Source: the human T2T-CHM13v2.0 reference genome, Homo sapiens. From it: 64,000 bases of DNA. Below are positions 1 through 20,784 of the stretch, in pieces. The notes under the pieces were generated by a model. That model saw nothing but the letters and a program-made list of their open reading frames with translations, searched no databases and was not told the DNA's origin. The stretch is taken from assembly GCF_009914755.1 (NCBI RefSeq), contig NC_060942.1; one strand, written 5' to 3'. The position numbers and the translations under genes are program-made. Every line of letters starts with the position of its first letter. The stretch's first letter is position 1.

Positions 1-1420
1 ATAAAAGTAGCATGGCTTGGCAGTCAGCTCTGTTGTTAAAACAAATGCAAATATAGGCAGTAAAATGTTTTGACTTCTCAATGGTATTTGGTAATAAAGT
101 GATGATCCGGATGATCTAAAATGTGTTTATATTAACTGTTTTGAATTGTTAACACATTTAGAATTTAAACATTCTGAGAGGACTTACAGATTCCGGAGTA
201 CATTCTTGGTTCCCTGTTTAAAAACCTTGTTTAAAGATGTTTTTGAAATAACAGCCTAACTGTATTAAAAGACAGATATATTTTGATTAGTAGTCTGTGG
301 TACAAAGACTATTTGGGCTTCTATTTAAAGTTGCAGGTTTGGGCTTTTCCAGTGGATTCTCTCAACTACTAGGGAGACCATCCATCTAAATCTCCACTTG
401 CTGTCAGTATCCATGGTAACTGGGATATGTTGACGGCTGTCTTTGCCTCGGCTGCATTTGATTTTAGAAAACATTAATTAGCACAGGTTAATTAGGCCCT
501 GTTGCAGTTAAACTGCCACATGTGTTCCTGATAATAACCAGTGCTTTAAAGAAGCATTGGATGTTGCCTGCTCACGTGTTTAGCTGACTAAACTTCTTTC
601 ATTGTGTGTGTGGATGTGCATGCACGTATAAGAAAGATTGATCGCTTGATTATACTTGCAATAAAAAGCTACTGACCTGCTTAGAGTATCTGGGAAATGT
701 TTTTGTAATATGTCACCTGCTGAGTGGCCAGCTGGCTATGTCATGAGTCAGGTGTCTTCAGATAGTCCAGGCATCAGCACTGGAGCTGGCCACAACCACC
801 TAGACCTGCTAGGTCACAGCACTGGCAAAGTGGAGTCCAGTGGGAAGAAAGGTGAAGGTCGTGTCTCCATGACCCACGTTATGTAGTGACTGGGGAGGGA
901 ATTTCCGACCATGTTGCAACTGACTTGCTAAAGAGGAAATATTTACTGTAGTGCCTTCCAGAAAAGCTCAGGGGAACTCAGCATCATGATCATTATGGCA
1001 TCCCCTCTTTCCTTGAACTGGGTCGGGGCTGGAGAACTGGCCTGTGCTGATATTTCTAAAGAAAACTGGAAATGCTACCCTTTCCAGGGATGAGTCTTGG
1101 CTCCAGCTGCGACAGTGTAGTCGGTCTCCTCCACTTCTGGGTTGGGATAGGGGTGTTGAATTAGGCATTTGTGAGATAATCAATCAATTTTTAAATAATA
1201 CATTTGCAAAACTGCAGCATCCACTCCTGAGCACATCCTCTCATCCACGTTTCAGGGAAAATAGGCAAATCTATTAAAACTCAATAGAGAGTGCAAATAG
1301 CAGGTGAGAATTCGTAGTGAGAGTGTATTACATTACCGTCTGTGTGGTATGTGTCCTCATAGAGATTCACAGTGGCCATTAGGGAAGTAAATTAACCTTG
1401 TTCTTATGACTTCTCTTTAA

Positions 1421-1696
<276 letters not shown>

Positions 1697-2377
1697 TAAT
1701 CCAAACGTCTAGAGGATGCTTAAAACCTTCTTCAGTAATAAAAATCATAAAAGCACTTTGTTATTTTGGGTTTATCTGAAGTTTTCCCTCAAAGTACTCT
1801 GTCCTTTTTCCCTCAAGGTCAAGGGTAAATTGTTGTGCATGTTTGCCAGGTATCATTAAGTTCATGATGTAATCTGTGGGACTAGAATCTGGTCATTTAT
1901 GGATGAAGAGAAATTTTCTCAAGGCGAGGATGGCCCTGCATGGGTTGATGGCGTCTGTGCCACCTGAACTCCTCCCACCTGCAGGCCTCATTTGCATAGG
2001 TGGATTCTTGGCCATCTAGCACATTAACAGCACGTCTGGGACCTGGAAACCAGAACACCATCCCCCATGTCAGCAATGACGTTCTTTAAGAAAAAAAGGT
2101 TAGCGTTATTTCTAATAACTTTAAGTGTAAAGAAAAAAAAATGTTTTTCCCAGAAAATGTGAAAAGGTAGAGAGCAAAAATTTTACAAGTCTAAAAAAAA
2201 AAAATGTTACAAGTCTGTGGTAAATAATATCCCTTTTCAGAAATAAAATTTGATTAGAATTACAAGAAGTTATAAGGAATTTAGAAACTTGAAACAGCTG
2301 TAAAATGCTTGCCTTTGTAAACTAGGTTTGAAAACGAAATTATAAATGTCAAGTTGCTTCTGATTACCTTAGCTGAG

Positions 2378-2381
<4 letters not shown>

Positions 2382-2409
<28 letters not shown>
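2382..2409. repeat. (CA)n microsatellite
   Basis: ~14 AC units. Confidence 0.97.
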
Positions 2410-2412
<3 letters not shown>

Positions 2413-2419
2413 GATTTTA

Positions 2420-2771
<352 letters not shown>

Positions 2772-2861
2772 TTACTTTCAATATATTTAAAAACAGGTAG
2801 GAAGCAGAAAAATCCAGAAGTGCTTAAAATGTGGTTTATATGTTCATACCTGTCATATTGT

Positions 2862-3344
<483 letters not shown>

Positions 3345-3359
3345 TGAGAAATCTTGCTT

Positions 3360-3563
3360 GATTGTACTTTTAAAAATAACTAAAAGAGTATTGTAATTGG
3401 ATTGTTTGTAACACAAAGGATAAATACTTCAGGGGATGGATACCCCATTTACCCTGATGTGATTATTACACATTCCATGCGTGTATCAAATTTTCTCATA
3501 TGCTCCATAAATATATACTCCTACTGTGTACCCACAAAATTTGAAATTAAAAGTTTTTAAAAA
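3360..3563 (+). mobile_element. L1 (L1MA-like) 3' end fragment
   Basis: ggataccccatttaccctgatgtgattattacacatt...tgtacccacaaaa is a typical L1MA 3' terminus. Confidence 0.8.
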
Positions 3564-5010
3564 GGCCTCTTGTTCCAGAGGCCAAATGAGCTGACTGACA
3601 GTACATTTTTCCCTGTTTCTATCTCTTTAACCCCTCTTGGTGGCTGTGACTGACATGTGAAGTTTTGTCCACACCTTCTGGAGTCCCAAGTGTCTGGTTG
3701 ACAGTGCAGTCTTCTTTTTAGCCTCTCAGTTTTGGAATGACAGGTTACAAAATGACTTGTTGGAAATATCGACCTGTAGGTGATGAGCTGGAAAAGGTCA
3801 AATGCCTTCTCTCATGGCTCTCCCAAAAACCAAAGTGAGTTCTCTCTCTCAGCTACCGGCTTCTTTCTGCATTTATTTTTCCTGCCCCTTCTCCAGTATG
3901 GGGAGTGGGTTGTTGTCGGTCACACCAAGCAGTAGCCAGATTTTTTGTTATTTCATATGGATTTTTTTCCTTTCGTAACATGGAGGAAGGGCCTTGTCTT
4001 TTAAGTATTTTACTTGTACCATTTGGCATTTGTGGCCTCCCTGAGTTTGTGATCTGATATCCCAAATTGTGCTTGAGCAAACACATCATGGCACCTGTTT
4101 GAAGTGACGAAATCATCTGCAGAGCCTTTTCCTGAAATAACCTCTCAGTGACCTGCACTTTCACCTTTCCTAATAAATGCAAGCTCCTAAATAAAGCCTT
4201 ACATTTTTGACAGATGAATAAATTGTGCAGGTTTTTTCCTTTCTCTTCTCAATGCCCTCAGATTTTTCTAAAGTGTTTTAAGATTATCACCTCTCAAAAA
4301 GGTACCAGAATTTGACCAATTATGTAAGCTTAGAATCCAGAAAAAAAAAAATCATTGTAATAGACATGTTTGGCACACTCAAAGCAAAGCATATTTTTAG
4401 AATTATTCACATCTGGCTTTGGCATACATACTGAAATTTTTGCTGCAAAAACAATCACTTCTGTATATTTAAACATACCTTTATTTTGTTATAAAAACAT
4501 GATTATGGTATGCCTTATTTTTAAAAAATAAAGTAGAAACCTTTAAACATTTATAATCCTACCATTCAAGGGTAACCACTGTTAAAATGTTGGCATTAAC
4601 AAATAACTTAATACCTAGTGTTCCACCTCTCTTCCCTACCTCTGTTTTTTTCACTTGGCATTACAGTGTGTACCTCTTTCCATGTCATGAACATCTTTTG
4701 TGAGCATCATTCTTAATGAATGTATAGTCACATCATAATTACAAAAAAAGTATTTATTTTGATATTTAAATACCTTCATATTCTTGGAACACATACCAAT
4801 TGATAGAAGAGAAAGGACTAGAAGCATGTTAAAATGTACGGAGAAATTGCTCCGGGTAGAATAAATAGCAGGAGAGCATCCATTAAAATAACTCTTTAAA
4901 ATCATAGCTGTTAAAACAGAAAGTTTTTAAGAAATCATCTGACTTAGTTTCCTCATATGTCATCATGTGAATTGAGAAGAGCCTAGTTTGCCTGAGATCA
5001 CAGAGGGTAG

Positions 5011-5628
<618 letters not shown>

Positions 5629-6319
5629 TGAAAATAGAAACCATCACGTTGTTGCAGATCCAGCACTAAAGTGAAGCATTTGAAACCTCAGCACACATTC
5701 TGATGAAGAAATGAAGCAAAGAGGGGAGGGAGGAGGAAAAAGGAAAACAAAACAAAATATCATGGACAGAATTTGAAGGTTAAAAAAAAAGAAATGGAGC
5801 GGGTTTAACATCTTTTAAGTTTGCGTAACGTAGACTTGTAACTGCTGGAGTGATCGTGGGGAAGGAGCATTTTTATACTATAGGAAATTATTTTATTTTA
5901 GTGTCCTTTTTTTAGAAATCTGAAGTGGTAGCATAATTCTAATTCGGAGGACCCCGCATTCTGTGAATGAGAATACTAGCATACTGGTGCAATCCAAAGG
6001 CAAGCCCATTTCAGTTCAAGGTGGGAGAGAGAAGTACAGGAAGTGACTGTCCGTTTTTTGCCTCCCTGCTTGTAAAATGGTGTTGGTGGGAGCCCTAGCA
6101 AATGGGAGCGGATCTGGAGGTATCCAGGCAAGGAAGTTTTATCCTGTCAGGGGAATGACACAAATCTGATACTTTAACACATGCATGATTATAACAAAGC
6201 CAGAGAGACGTATTTGTCTGCTGATATAGAGATTACTCTATTCAAATGGACATAAGGCAGTTTTAAGGAAGCAGTAGACATTGCAGGGGAAGTGAAGAGA
6301 GAGAGGAAGGCATTCCCAC

Positions 6320-6667
<348 letters not shown>

Positions 6668-7081
6668 TAAAAACAGATTTTCTTGTGGCAGAGCTTTCTT
6701 CTGTAAGATAACAATAAATAACAAAAAAAATTTTTAATAAAAAAATAAAGACATATTTTTTTGGTCTCACCAACCTTATACTCCCTTGTTGGTCACTTAA
6801 AATTTCAACAGAAAAAAAGACAGTATTTTTTGTTCAGTGACTAAGACACAGGGAACAGGTGCCCAGGAAGAATGTACTGGGAAACTGCTGTCCTGAGGTA
6901 GAGGAAACACGAGAGATTGCTTTGTGCAAGCATAACCCAGCACATGCATTGCTGTCCGGGGGATGGCCCAGCCAATACCCAGCTCTCAGTACCTTCCGTT
7001 CTCACCCTCAGGCACATTTACCCCCCGCTTCACCACAGCCACAATGACTGCCCGCCTCGTCATACCCTGGACCCTGCCTAA

Positions 7082-7705
<624 letters not shown>

Positions 7706-7828
7706 CTTTTTTGATTGTTTAGTTGGTTCTCTCTCCCATTCTCCACAGTGGCTGTCATGGACTCCATTTCACTCCTCAAACCCCAGACTTCATCCCTCAT
7801 CCTTCTCTCTTAGCAAATGACCATGCTA

Positions 7829-8257
<429 letters not shown>

Positions 8258-9466
8258 TCAGTGGAGGAGCTGGCCCTGCTCTGTTTCAGCCTGACCCACA
8301 CGCCTCACCCCAGATAGAGTTTCCACCTTTGAGGAACCTCACGCTATTGCTTTTCTTCTCTCTCATTGCTTCAACTTTTTTCTCTCTGGGGTCTCGTTCC
8401 ATCAGTGTCAACCTGCCCCACTCTCTCAAAGACAAAACAAGACTTTGTTAATCCCACCTGGCCCTCCAGCTCCCCTCCTCCTACCAACTGCCAAACCAAG
8501 AGGGCTGTCCATCCTCACCTCTGTCTCCCAGTCACTCCCCGACACCTGGCAAACTGGCTCCCACCCTCACAGCACCCTTGCCCGTATCACCAGTGACCTT
8601 TTCGGTCCTTATTTGAGCTTTTGGCAACACTGGAGACCTCCATTCCTTTCATTAGATTCCTTCTGGTTCCTCTGGCTGCCAGGGCATGCTCCTTCCCAGC
8701 TTTTCTCCCACTGTGTGTGTGTGCGTGGTGCTCATGCACACACTGCAGTTCTCCAGCCCTGGCACTCAACACACTGTGTGTTGTAGTTGCATGTTTATTA
8801 ATGATCTTTCTCTTCAGCCAGAAAGTAAAATGAATATTTTACTATGCATGAATATTTGCTGAACAAATATTCAACATTTTGTTGAATTTTAAGTTCAAAT
8901 CTATTTTGAAAGGCAAACACAGAAATAATATTTAAGATTTCGTGGCCCTCTGGTAAAAACAAATTTAGTCATTAAAGCCCATGTTCCAGAAATCTACTTT
9001 GGCCAAGAGTAAGAGACATTAGTTAATGTGTTCCCTAAAAGGTTATTAATCTAAACCTTTAGGGAACACGGTGACTCCCAACCACCACTGGCTCTGTTCT
9101 AGAACTCAATGAGTTGCAAGATGTCAGGAAGGAAGAAGAGTTACTGGTGCTCCTATGTTCCCACTCATGTCAAAAGTAAGATTTAGTATTTAGTTAGACA
9201 CAGCCCTGGATCTCTTAGTACCACCATCAGTGCCGCAGGTGCGCCCTGCTGATATCCATGTTTTATTGTGGAGTTGGAAAGGTGTGACAATTTGCTTATG
9301 ATTCATTTGAAAAATAAACTTGTTTAATTCCATAGAACTGTGATAAATTAAGTTAGTAAGGAAACAGAATAAAAGTGACGTTTCTTAGACTGGCCATTGC
9401 TCATCACTTCTGACATTTTCAGATTCCTTGCCTCTGCTTATTTTTGAAAAACAAAACAAAGCATGA

Positions 9467-9886
<420 letters not shown>

Positions 9887-10182
9887 TGAAAATGATTTAT
9901 ATATTCAAAAATAAAATAATGGGGAAAGGCAAACTTAAAATTTAATACAAACAAATGGAGGAACCTAACTGCATATCACATTGATAACATTAACCACACA
10001 GCAAAAAGAATTAATTCAAGTAATTTTTTAACAGTTTTCTTACTGTATGTTGTTAATGTGACATATCCTATGGGGAAAAAGATTGGAAAGAAATCTTGAA
10101 TTTGAATTAGAATGTTTGTTACTGGGAGTATTACTGATAATCTTAAAACTATTTTGTGTATATCATAGGAGAGAGCCGATAG

Positions 10183-10509
<327 letters not shown>

Positions 10510-10629
10510 AGTAGTTGAATGTTGAAAACCAGGGTTCTCAAATGAAAGATGGGAACTTCAAATGTGAAATGGGAAAATAAGAAATATTCATTTTAGGTTT
10601 AAATTGGCAATGAAAGGGTGAAGTCATAA

Positions 10630-10899
<270 letters not shown>

Positions 10900-11313
10900 T
10901 AACACCATTCCCCACTGTCCCAGCTCTGAAGTGGAAACATTTCTGGAATATTTTGTTGTGCCAGAAAGTGAGAAAGTGCAAAGATTGATTGGAGCATGCC
11001 AAAAGGACATGGCAGCCTGCCTGAGGGGATTTATGGCTAAATTTGGAAATTTCTAGCGTCACAAGGAATGATAGCAATGGATTGCAACCTATTGAAAAAT
11101 TTTTTAAAACCCATGAGTCCAGAACAATACTAAAAAATAAAAGGAACAGGAGAAGTGAGAGGTTAGGGGAATGCCTTCTCTACAGAAGAGTACCAGTTAA
11201 TAAATGCAGGAAAAATGATGGAATTAGAAAATCCCCACTTTGTAGTACCAATGTGTAATTATTGATTCTGACAAAGATGGATACTAAAGCCATTGAATAA
11301 AATGTCATTAGGG

Positions 11314-11770
<457 letters not shown>

Positions 11771-12829
11771 TTATGAGACAAACTGACATTATGTGCAAAA
11801 AAGCACACAATGTCACCTATGAGGTATAATTGCCAAAACTGTTCAACCTGAGTCTGATCACAAGGAAGCTTCCAGACAGATCCAGATGATGTGGCATCTT
11901 ACAAAACAATTAGCTTGAATTTTAAAAAATAATGTCATGAAAGATTAAAAAGAAAAAAGGTAAAAGAAAAGTCAGGGAGGCTGTTGGTTATTTTAAACAT
12001 GGAGAATAAAGAGACATGACAACCAAGTATAATAATTCATTTATTTTTTAGTGGACAAAGATTGTATATATTTTTGATATAGAACATGACATGTTAAGTA
12101 AACATTATGGAATGGCTAAATCAAACTAATGAACATATCCATTACCTCACATACTTATTATTTGTTTGTGGTGAAGAACATTTAAAATCTACTCTCTTAG
12201 CAATTTTCAAGTGTAAAATATATTATTATTAACTATAATTACCATGTTGTACAATCAATTCCCTGAACTTTTCCTCCTAACTGAAATTTTGTGTCCTTTA
12301 ATAAACCTAATCTCCCCAGCCCCAAAACCCATGCTTAATTCTTAATTGGATACTTGAGTAAAATATAAAAAGTTAAAACACAGCTCTGGGACAATTACTG
12401 AAACTCGAATATGGGCTGTGTATTAAAGAATATTATACTGATGTTGGTTCAGTTCCATAGATGTAATAATGATATTGTAGTTATACAGGAGAATGCCTTT
12501 GCTCTTAGGAAGAGCATATTGAAGGATTTAAGGGTAAAGTATTATGATATACGTTACTTATTTCCAAATTATTTAGCAAAAACACAACAATAAAAAGTAA
12601 CAAAGGAAAAGCAAATGTAGCAAAATATTAACAACTGATTAATCTAATTGAAGAGTATACAGGTATTTATGACACTAGTCTTTCCATTTCTGCAGTAGTC
12701 AAAATAGAATGTGAAGTTAAAATAGTTGCTTTTCATTGATAATGTATCTTTCAGATGGAATTCTGTAGAGTTATTATTGTCCTCAAATAGTTTCTAAAAC
12801 ATGGATGGGTAATTTACATTCCCCCTTTT

Positions 12830-13470
12830 TAAGAAGTTTTAATTATTGAATAGATCAAATTTATAAAGGATATTTTAAAAATCACAATGGAATGAGCACT
12901 CATTACCCACCAAAATAAGGAACATGGAAGACTGTTCCTCCCTGGTGCGCCTCCTTGATGCTAATGTCCCTCTCTTTTCAAAAGTAACCATTACACTGAA
13001 TTTTGTGTTTATCATTCCCTTGCTTTTATTTATAGTTTTACCATAATGCCTTAACTTCTAAACCATATGTGCTTAATTTCATATACTTTAAACCTAAGTG
13101 GAACTACATTCTACGTATTCTCCTGTGATTTATATTTTATGCTTAATGTTACGTCCCTGAAGTTGTTCCTGCTGTTGTTTGTAGCTGTAATTCATTCATT
13201 TTACTGATTTTTAGTATTCTTTTATATAAATACATCACATATCTTTTAAAAAGCACAATTCTACTACTGATGTACATTTGTAATGTTTCTAGTTTTTTGA
13301 TTCCTTCAAACAGTGCTGGTACACATATAAGAGTTTCTCTGGGAATAGAATTGTTGGAGCACAGGTTATGAACATTTTAAATTTTACCAAAGAATGCTAA
13401 ATTTTTTCCAAAGTGATTATATTTACACTCCCACCTGCAATGTATGTGCTTCAGTAAATATTTGGTATGC
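12830..13470 (-). mobile_element. Old L1 (L1ME-like) 3' fragment
   Basis: gtaaccattacactgaattttgtg...atttacactcccacc.gcaatgtatg. Confidence 0.6.
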
Positions 13471-13544
13471 GCATACCTCCTTAAAATTTTTTTTATTTTA
13501 AAATAATTTTAGACATAAAAAAGTTGCAAAAATAGTACAAGGGA

Positions 13545-15635
<2,091 letters not shown>

Positions 15636-15637
15636 TC

Positions 15638-16870
15638 ATAGAGTTCGCTAAACCCTTCACTCAGTTTCTCTTAAAGTTAACAACTTACCTAACTATAATA
15701 CAATTATCAGAGCAGGAACTCAGTGCCAGAATGATACTGTTAACGAAAGATCTCACCAATCTTTCTCTTCATGTCGTTTTTCCTGTTCCAGGTTCCAGTC
15801 CAGGTTCACACATTGCATTCAGTTATGTCCTCTTCATCTCCTGCAATCTATGACATTTCTTCAGTCTTTCCTGGCTTTTCATGACCTTAAGTGAATACTA
15901 ATCAATTGTTTTGTGTAGGGAATGTTTGAGTTTTCTCACAATTAAATTGAGGTTTTGAGTTTTTGGCAAGAAAACCACAAAAGTGATACTGTGTCCTCAT
16001 TGCATCATGTCAGGGAGTACATGAGGTTGATGTTTTATTATTGGTGATGTTAACCTTGATCACTTGATTAAGGTATGTCTGCCAAGTTTCTGCATTGTAA
16101 AGTTACTAGTTTCTTCTTTGGAAGTGATTTAAAATCTTGTGGACATATTTTGAGCAATGGTAATATCCTGTTTTCATCAAACTTTCAACCACTAATTTTT
16201 GCATCCATTAGTGGATCTTGCCTGCAATTTATTGTAGTATTTCCAAGTTGATGATTTTCTGTCATTTTTTCCCTACATTTACTAGTAGGAGTTTGTTAAT
16301 TAAATTCTGTAAGGAAAAGCTGTTCCTCCTCATTTATGTATGTATTTATAAATACAGGTCATTTTTATTTTATTCTATGGGTTATTTCCAACACTATAGT
16401 GATGATCATTATTATTTTGCTCAAATTTTCCAGCATTGGCCATTGGAGGCGCCTTCAGGCAGGCTCTTGTGGTTTTTTTTAACATATTATCATCCATTTT
16501 CACATACTGTTTTCTTACTTTCTGAAACCATAAGATATTCGAGGGTTACTTTGTATTGTTCTGCCTCAACACTGGGATTAACCTTTTTTCCAAGAAACCT
16601 GATTCCTTGTATTGAAGAATGGTATTTAGAAATGAAAATGTGGGCGTTAAGTGTGCCCATTGCTACTAGGATGTCATTGTGCCTAAGTCCACTCAGCAGA
16701 CAGAGCTAGGAAATGATATGTATGTATATTAACCCATGAATGCACACATATACCTCTCTATTTCTATATCTACCTATCTATGTTTAAAAATATGAGTTAT
16801 TTGTAACTTCTTTCTCTGACAGGAAGAAACCTAGTTCTCATTATCTACAATATATTCACTTCTTTGACTT
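15638..16870 (-). mobile_element. L1MC-like 3' UTR (antisense); its terminal piece lies at ~13485-13545
   Basis: ttttagacat..aaagttgcaaaaatagtaca continues as agagttc..aacccttcactcagtttctc..gttaaca after the L1MB. Confidence 0.7.
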
Positions 16871-17076
16871 TTTTTCTGGTAATTACACAATTACTAACTC
16901 ATACTTCTGTGCCCAAACCACTGTCTTATTAACAAAGAAATTCTTAATTTCCAGTGAGACAAACCTCTCCCATGTTTTCTACTTCAGAACTATCTTGACT
17001 CTTTTTGGTTCTTTGCTCGGCCATATACATTTTAAAAACATTTTTTCAAGTAAAATTTAAAAAATCAAACCTGTTG

Positions 17077-17374
17077 GGCTAGGATCATGCCTATAATCCC
17101 AGTGCTTTGAGAGGCCAAAGCTGGAGGACTGCTTGAGGCCAGGGGTTTGAGACCAGCGTGGGCAACATAGTGAGACCCCCATTTCTATTAAAAAAAAAAA
17201 AATCTTAGCCAGGCATGCTAGCACATGCCTGCAGGCCCAGCTACTCAGGACGCTGAGGCAGGAGGATAGCTTGAGCCCAGTAGCTCAAGGCCACAGTGAG
17301 ATGTGATCACACGACTGCACTCAGCGTGGGTGACAGAACAGGACTCTTGTCTCTTTAAATTTTTTTTTAAAAAA
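17077..17374 (+). mobile_element. AluJ-like within old antisense L1 sequence (~16900-17740)
   Basis: ggaggactgcttgaggccagg..gcttgagcccag. Confidence 0.9.
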
Positions 17375-18394
17375 GGTAATTTTATTGGAATTACATTAAG
17401 TCTCTAGATAAGTTTGAGGAAAATTTAATTTTTATTTTATGATATAGCTCTATTTAGATCATTTTTAACATAATTAATAGTTTCATCATTTTCTCCATAA
17501 AGGTCTTACATACGTTTTGTAAGATTTATTCCTAGATACATAATATTTTTTGAACTTACTGTAAATGTTTTTTTAAAGTACATTTCCTAACTACTGCTTG
17601 TGTACAGAAATGCAACTGATTTTTGTAAATTGATTTTGAATCTATCAACTAAATTCTTATTGATTCATCCATAGATTATTTTGTGTTTTCTACACAGACA
17701 TATTATTAGTAAACAATGATAGTTTTGTTCTTACTTGTTTTGTTTCTTTGTAGTTATAAGCCAAATATATATATCTCAGGATATACAATTACAAAATGTG
17801 AGTCAGGCTGCACAATATGCATAGAAAAAAAACAGGAAAGAAAGCACAAAAATGGAAGCAGTGAATTAAAGAATTATGGATACATTTTTATTTTTAAATG
17901 TATCTCTATACTTTCCAGTTTTTCCAAAATAAGTATCTATCACTTTCATTATGAGGAAAAAAAACAAAAATAAAAGCAAGTCTATAACACAATTTAAAAG
18001 TAGGGATGATCTACTAAAAATGCCCAGCTGCAAATAAAACAATCAGGTAGCTCTGATGTGCCTGCTGAGGACAGAGCCAGCACCCTGCATAGTTATGGAC
18101 TAATATACTGTGTTATATCCAAGAAAACAACCTCTTAGATTTCTGGAACTTTGTTTTTCCAGTAAGGGAATGTATGGAATTGACCTGTCAAAGATACACA
18201 GTCATCTTTACACTGGACCTTAGCCAAAAAACCACAATCGGTCTTTATTTCATTTGTTTTGAAAGGCAGCAAACTCTTAATTATCAATACAGTATATTTT
18301 ATCCTCTTTATGAATTATTTATGATCTTTTTAGGATGGCTTAACTCACGCTGCTTATTTCCTAAGGATAGACAGGAAATACAGACTAATTTGCA

Positions 18395-18665
18395 ACTGGT
18401 ACTACACTCCCTATTTTACAGATAAGGAAACAGACACTTCAGAGATTAAGTAGGTTCTTTTGTCTAATGCCTCTACCTGCTTCCTCTGCCTACCCCATAG
18501 TACCTTGTCTCCATCATGACACTCATCAGAATTTTCTGTCTTCTCCATCATGAACTCCATGAGATTTAGATCTTAGTCCTGTTCCCCTCTATCCCCAGAC
18601 CTAGCACAGTAAGTGGCATGGCACACAGTAGATGATCAATAAATAGCTATCGAAGGTTGAATGAG
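18395..18665. mobile_element. MIR core fragment followed by an L2 3' end
   Basis: cctattttacagataaggaaacagac; cctagcacagt..ggcacacagtagatgatcaataaatagc..tgaatga. Confidence 0.7.
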
Positions 18666-18676
18666 TTTTTTCCTCT

Positions 18677-19094
<418 letters not shown>

Positions 19095-20064
19095 TAAAGC
19101 CTCCTAATGAACAGTGTTTGAAAGCAAAATTACCTTTCTCTCCACCTTTTCTGGTATAAAGAATTTTTCATATGGTAAAACTTTTTTTCTGTTATACCGT
19201 TTAGGCCTGTTAGTATTACAGATTCTAGATGCTAATTGCATGTAATTGTTCACTGAGCTGCATTTATATTAAAAGAAAAGACAGATAAAATTAAGTCAAT
19301 ATAATTCATAAAAGTCTCTTCATTTAAAGGAAGATTTCTTCTTTTAATCAATTATCTCAACAACAGTTTTATGTGCCTAGAACTACTTTAGATGTGTGCA
19401 GAAGTAATTTTATTATAGACAGAGATAATGATACAGTATCAAAGTTTCATAGTTTCTAATATTTTGAGAATATAGCAGTCATGACTAATTCAGTTCAGTT
19501 TATTAAGTTGGTACCTAAATCCAACATTCACTGAGGTCTGCCAGTGCTCTAAATACTGTGCAAGATGGTCACTGTATAAAAATGAGTAAAACACTACCAT
19601 GAAAAGCTGACAATCTAACGTGGTATCCTTGAACATTATATTGGTTTTTTTTTTCTTGTATATGGTTTGTTGCCAAATTTAGGGTTAAAAAGGCTTATAT
19701 TAATTTGGTCAAGAGCTGTAGCCCAAAGCTTAATTTTTTTCCAGGTGGCCTGTTGAAGCCATTAGCAGCAGCATGTTATATACAAATAGAATTTAATGAA
19801 GCAAAGGTCTCATACACTCAGCTGCCTTTATCTCATGTACCAGAATGTTCCCTGTATTTGTGTCAGGGATGGGAGGTGAGCGGCAGTGTTACAAAGAAAA
19901 GGATATCTGATATTTCCTCCTCATACTGTGATGGGGAACATAAGAAAGAAAAAACATCTGCTCTGTAAATCTCTTCATACAGTTGGTACCCAGTGTCAGC
20001 TGACAATGAACTCAAGTCTATCTCCTGTGTGTGTGTGTATGTGTAAAAGTGTGTTAAAAGATGA

Positions 20065-20265
<201 letters not shown>

Positions 20266-20340
20266 TGATTGGTTCAGAGTGAGCAAATGGAGTCTCCCTT
20301 CTACAGGAATAATTGTTACCTAATGAAATATGTTAAAGAT

Positions 20341-20621
20341 GGCCAGGCGCGGTGGCTCACACCTGTAATCCCAACACTTTGGGAGGCTGAGGCGGGTGGA
20401 TCACTTGAGGTCAGGAGTTAGAGACCAGCCTGGCCAACATGGTGAAACCCCATCTCTGCTAAAAATATAAAAATTAGCTGGGCCTGGTAGTGCATGCCTG
20501 TAATCCCAGTACTTGGGAGGCTGAGGCAGGAGAATTGTTTGAACCCAGGCGCTGGAGGTTCCAGTGAGCCAAGATCACACCACTGCACTCCTGTCTGGGT
20601 GACAGAGTGAGACTTTGTCTC

Positions 20622-20653
<32 letters not shown>
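20341..20653 (+). mobile_element. Alu
   Basis: TSD aaatatgttaaagat/aaatgtgttaaaggt. Confidence 0.95.
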
Positions 20654-20654
<1 letters not shown>

Positions 20655-20784
20655 TGTGTTAAAGGTGATTCCAAAGCCCAGGGACCCTAATCTTTGCCAT
20701 CTTCTTACTGGTAACTTTTTCCTACCCTTTTCTTGCTTCCTCGACTTCTCTCATCGATTTCATGTTGGTTTTATGTTAACTACA

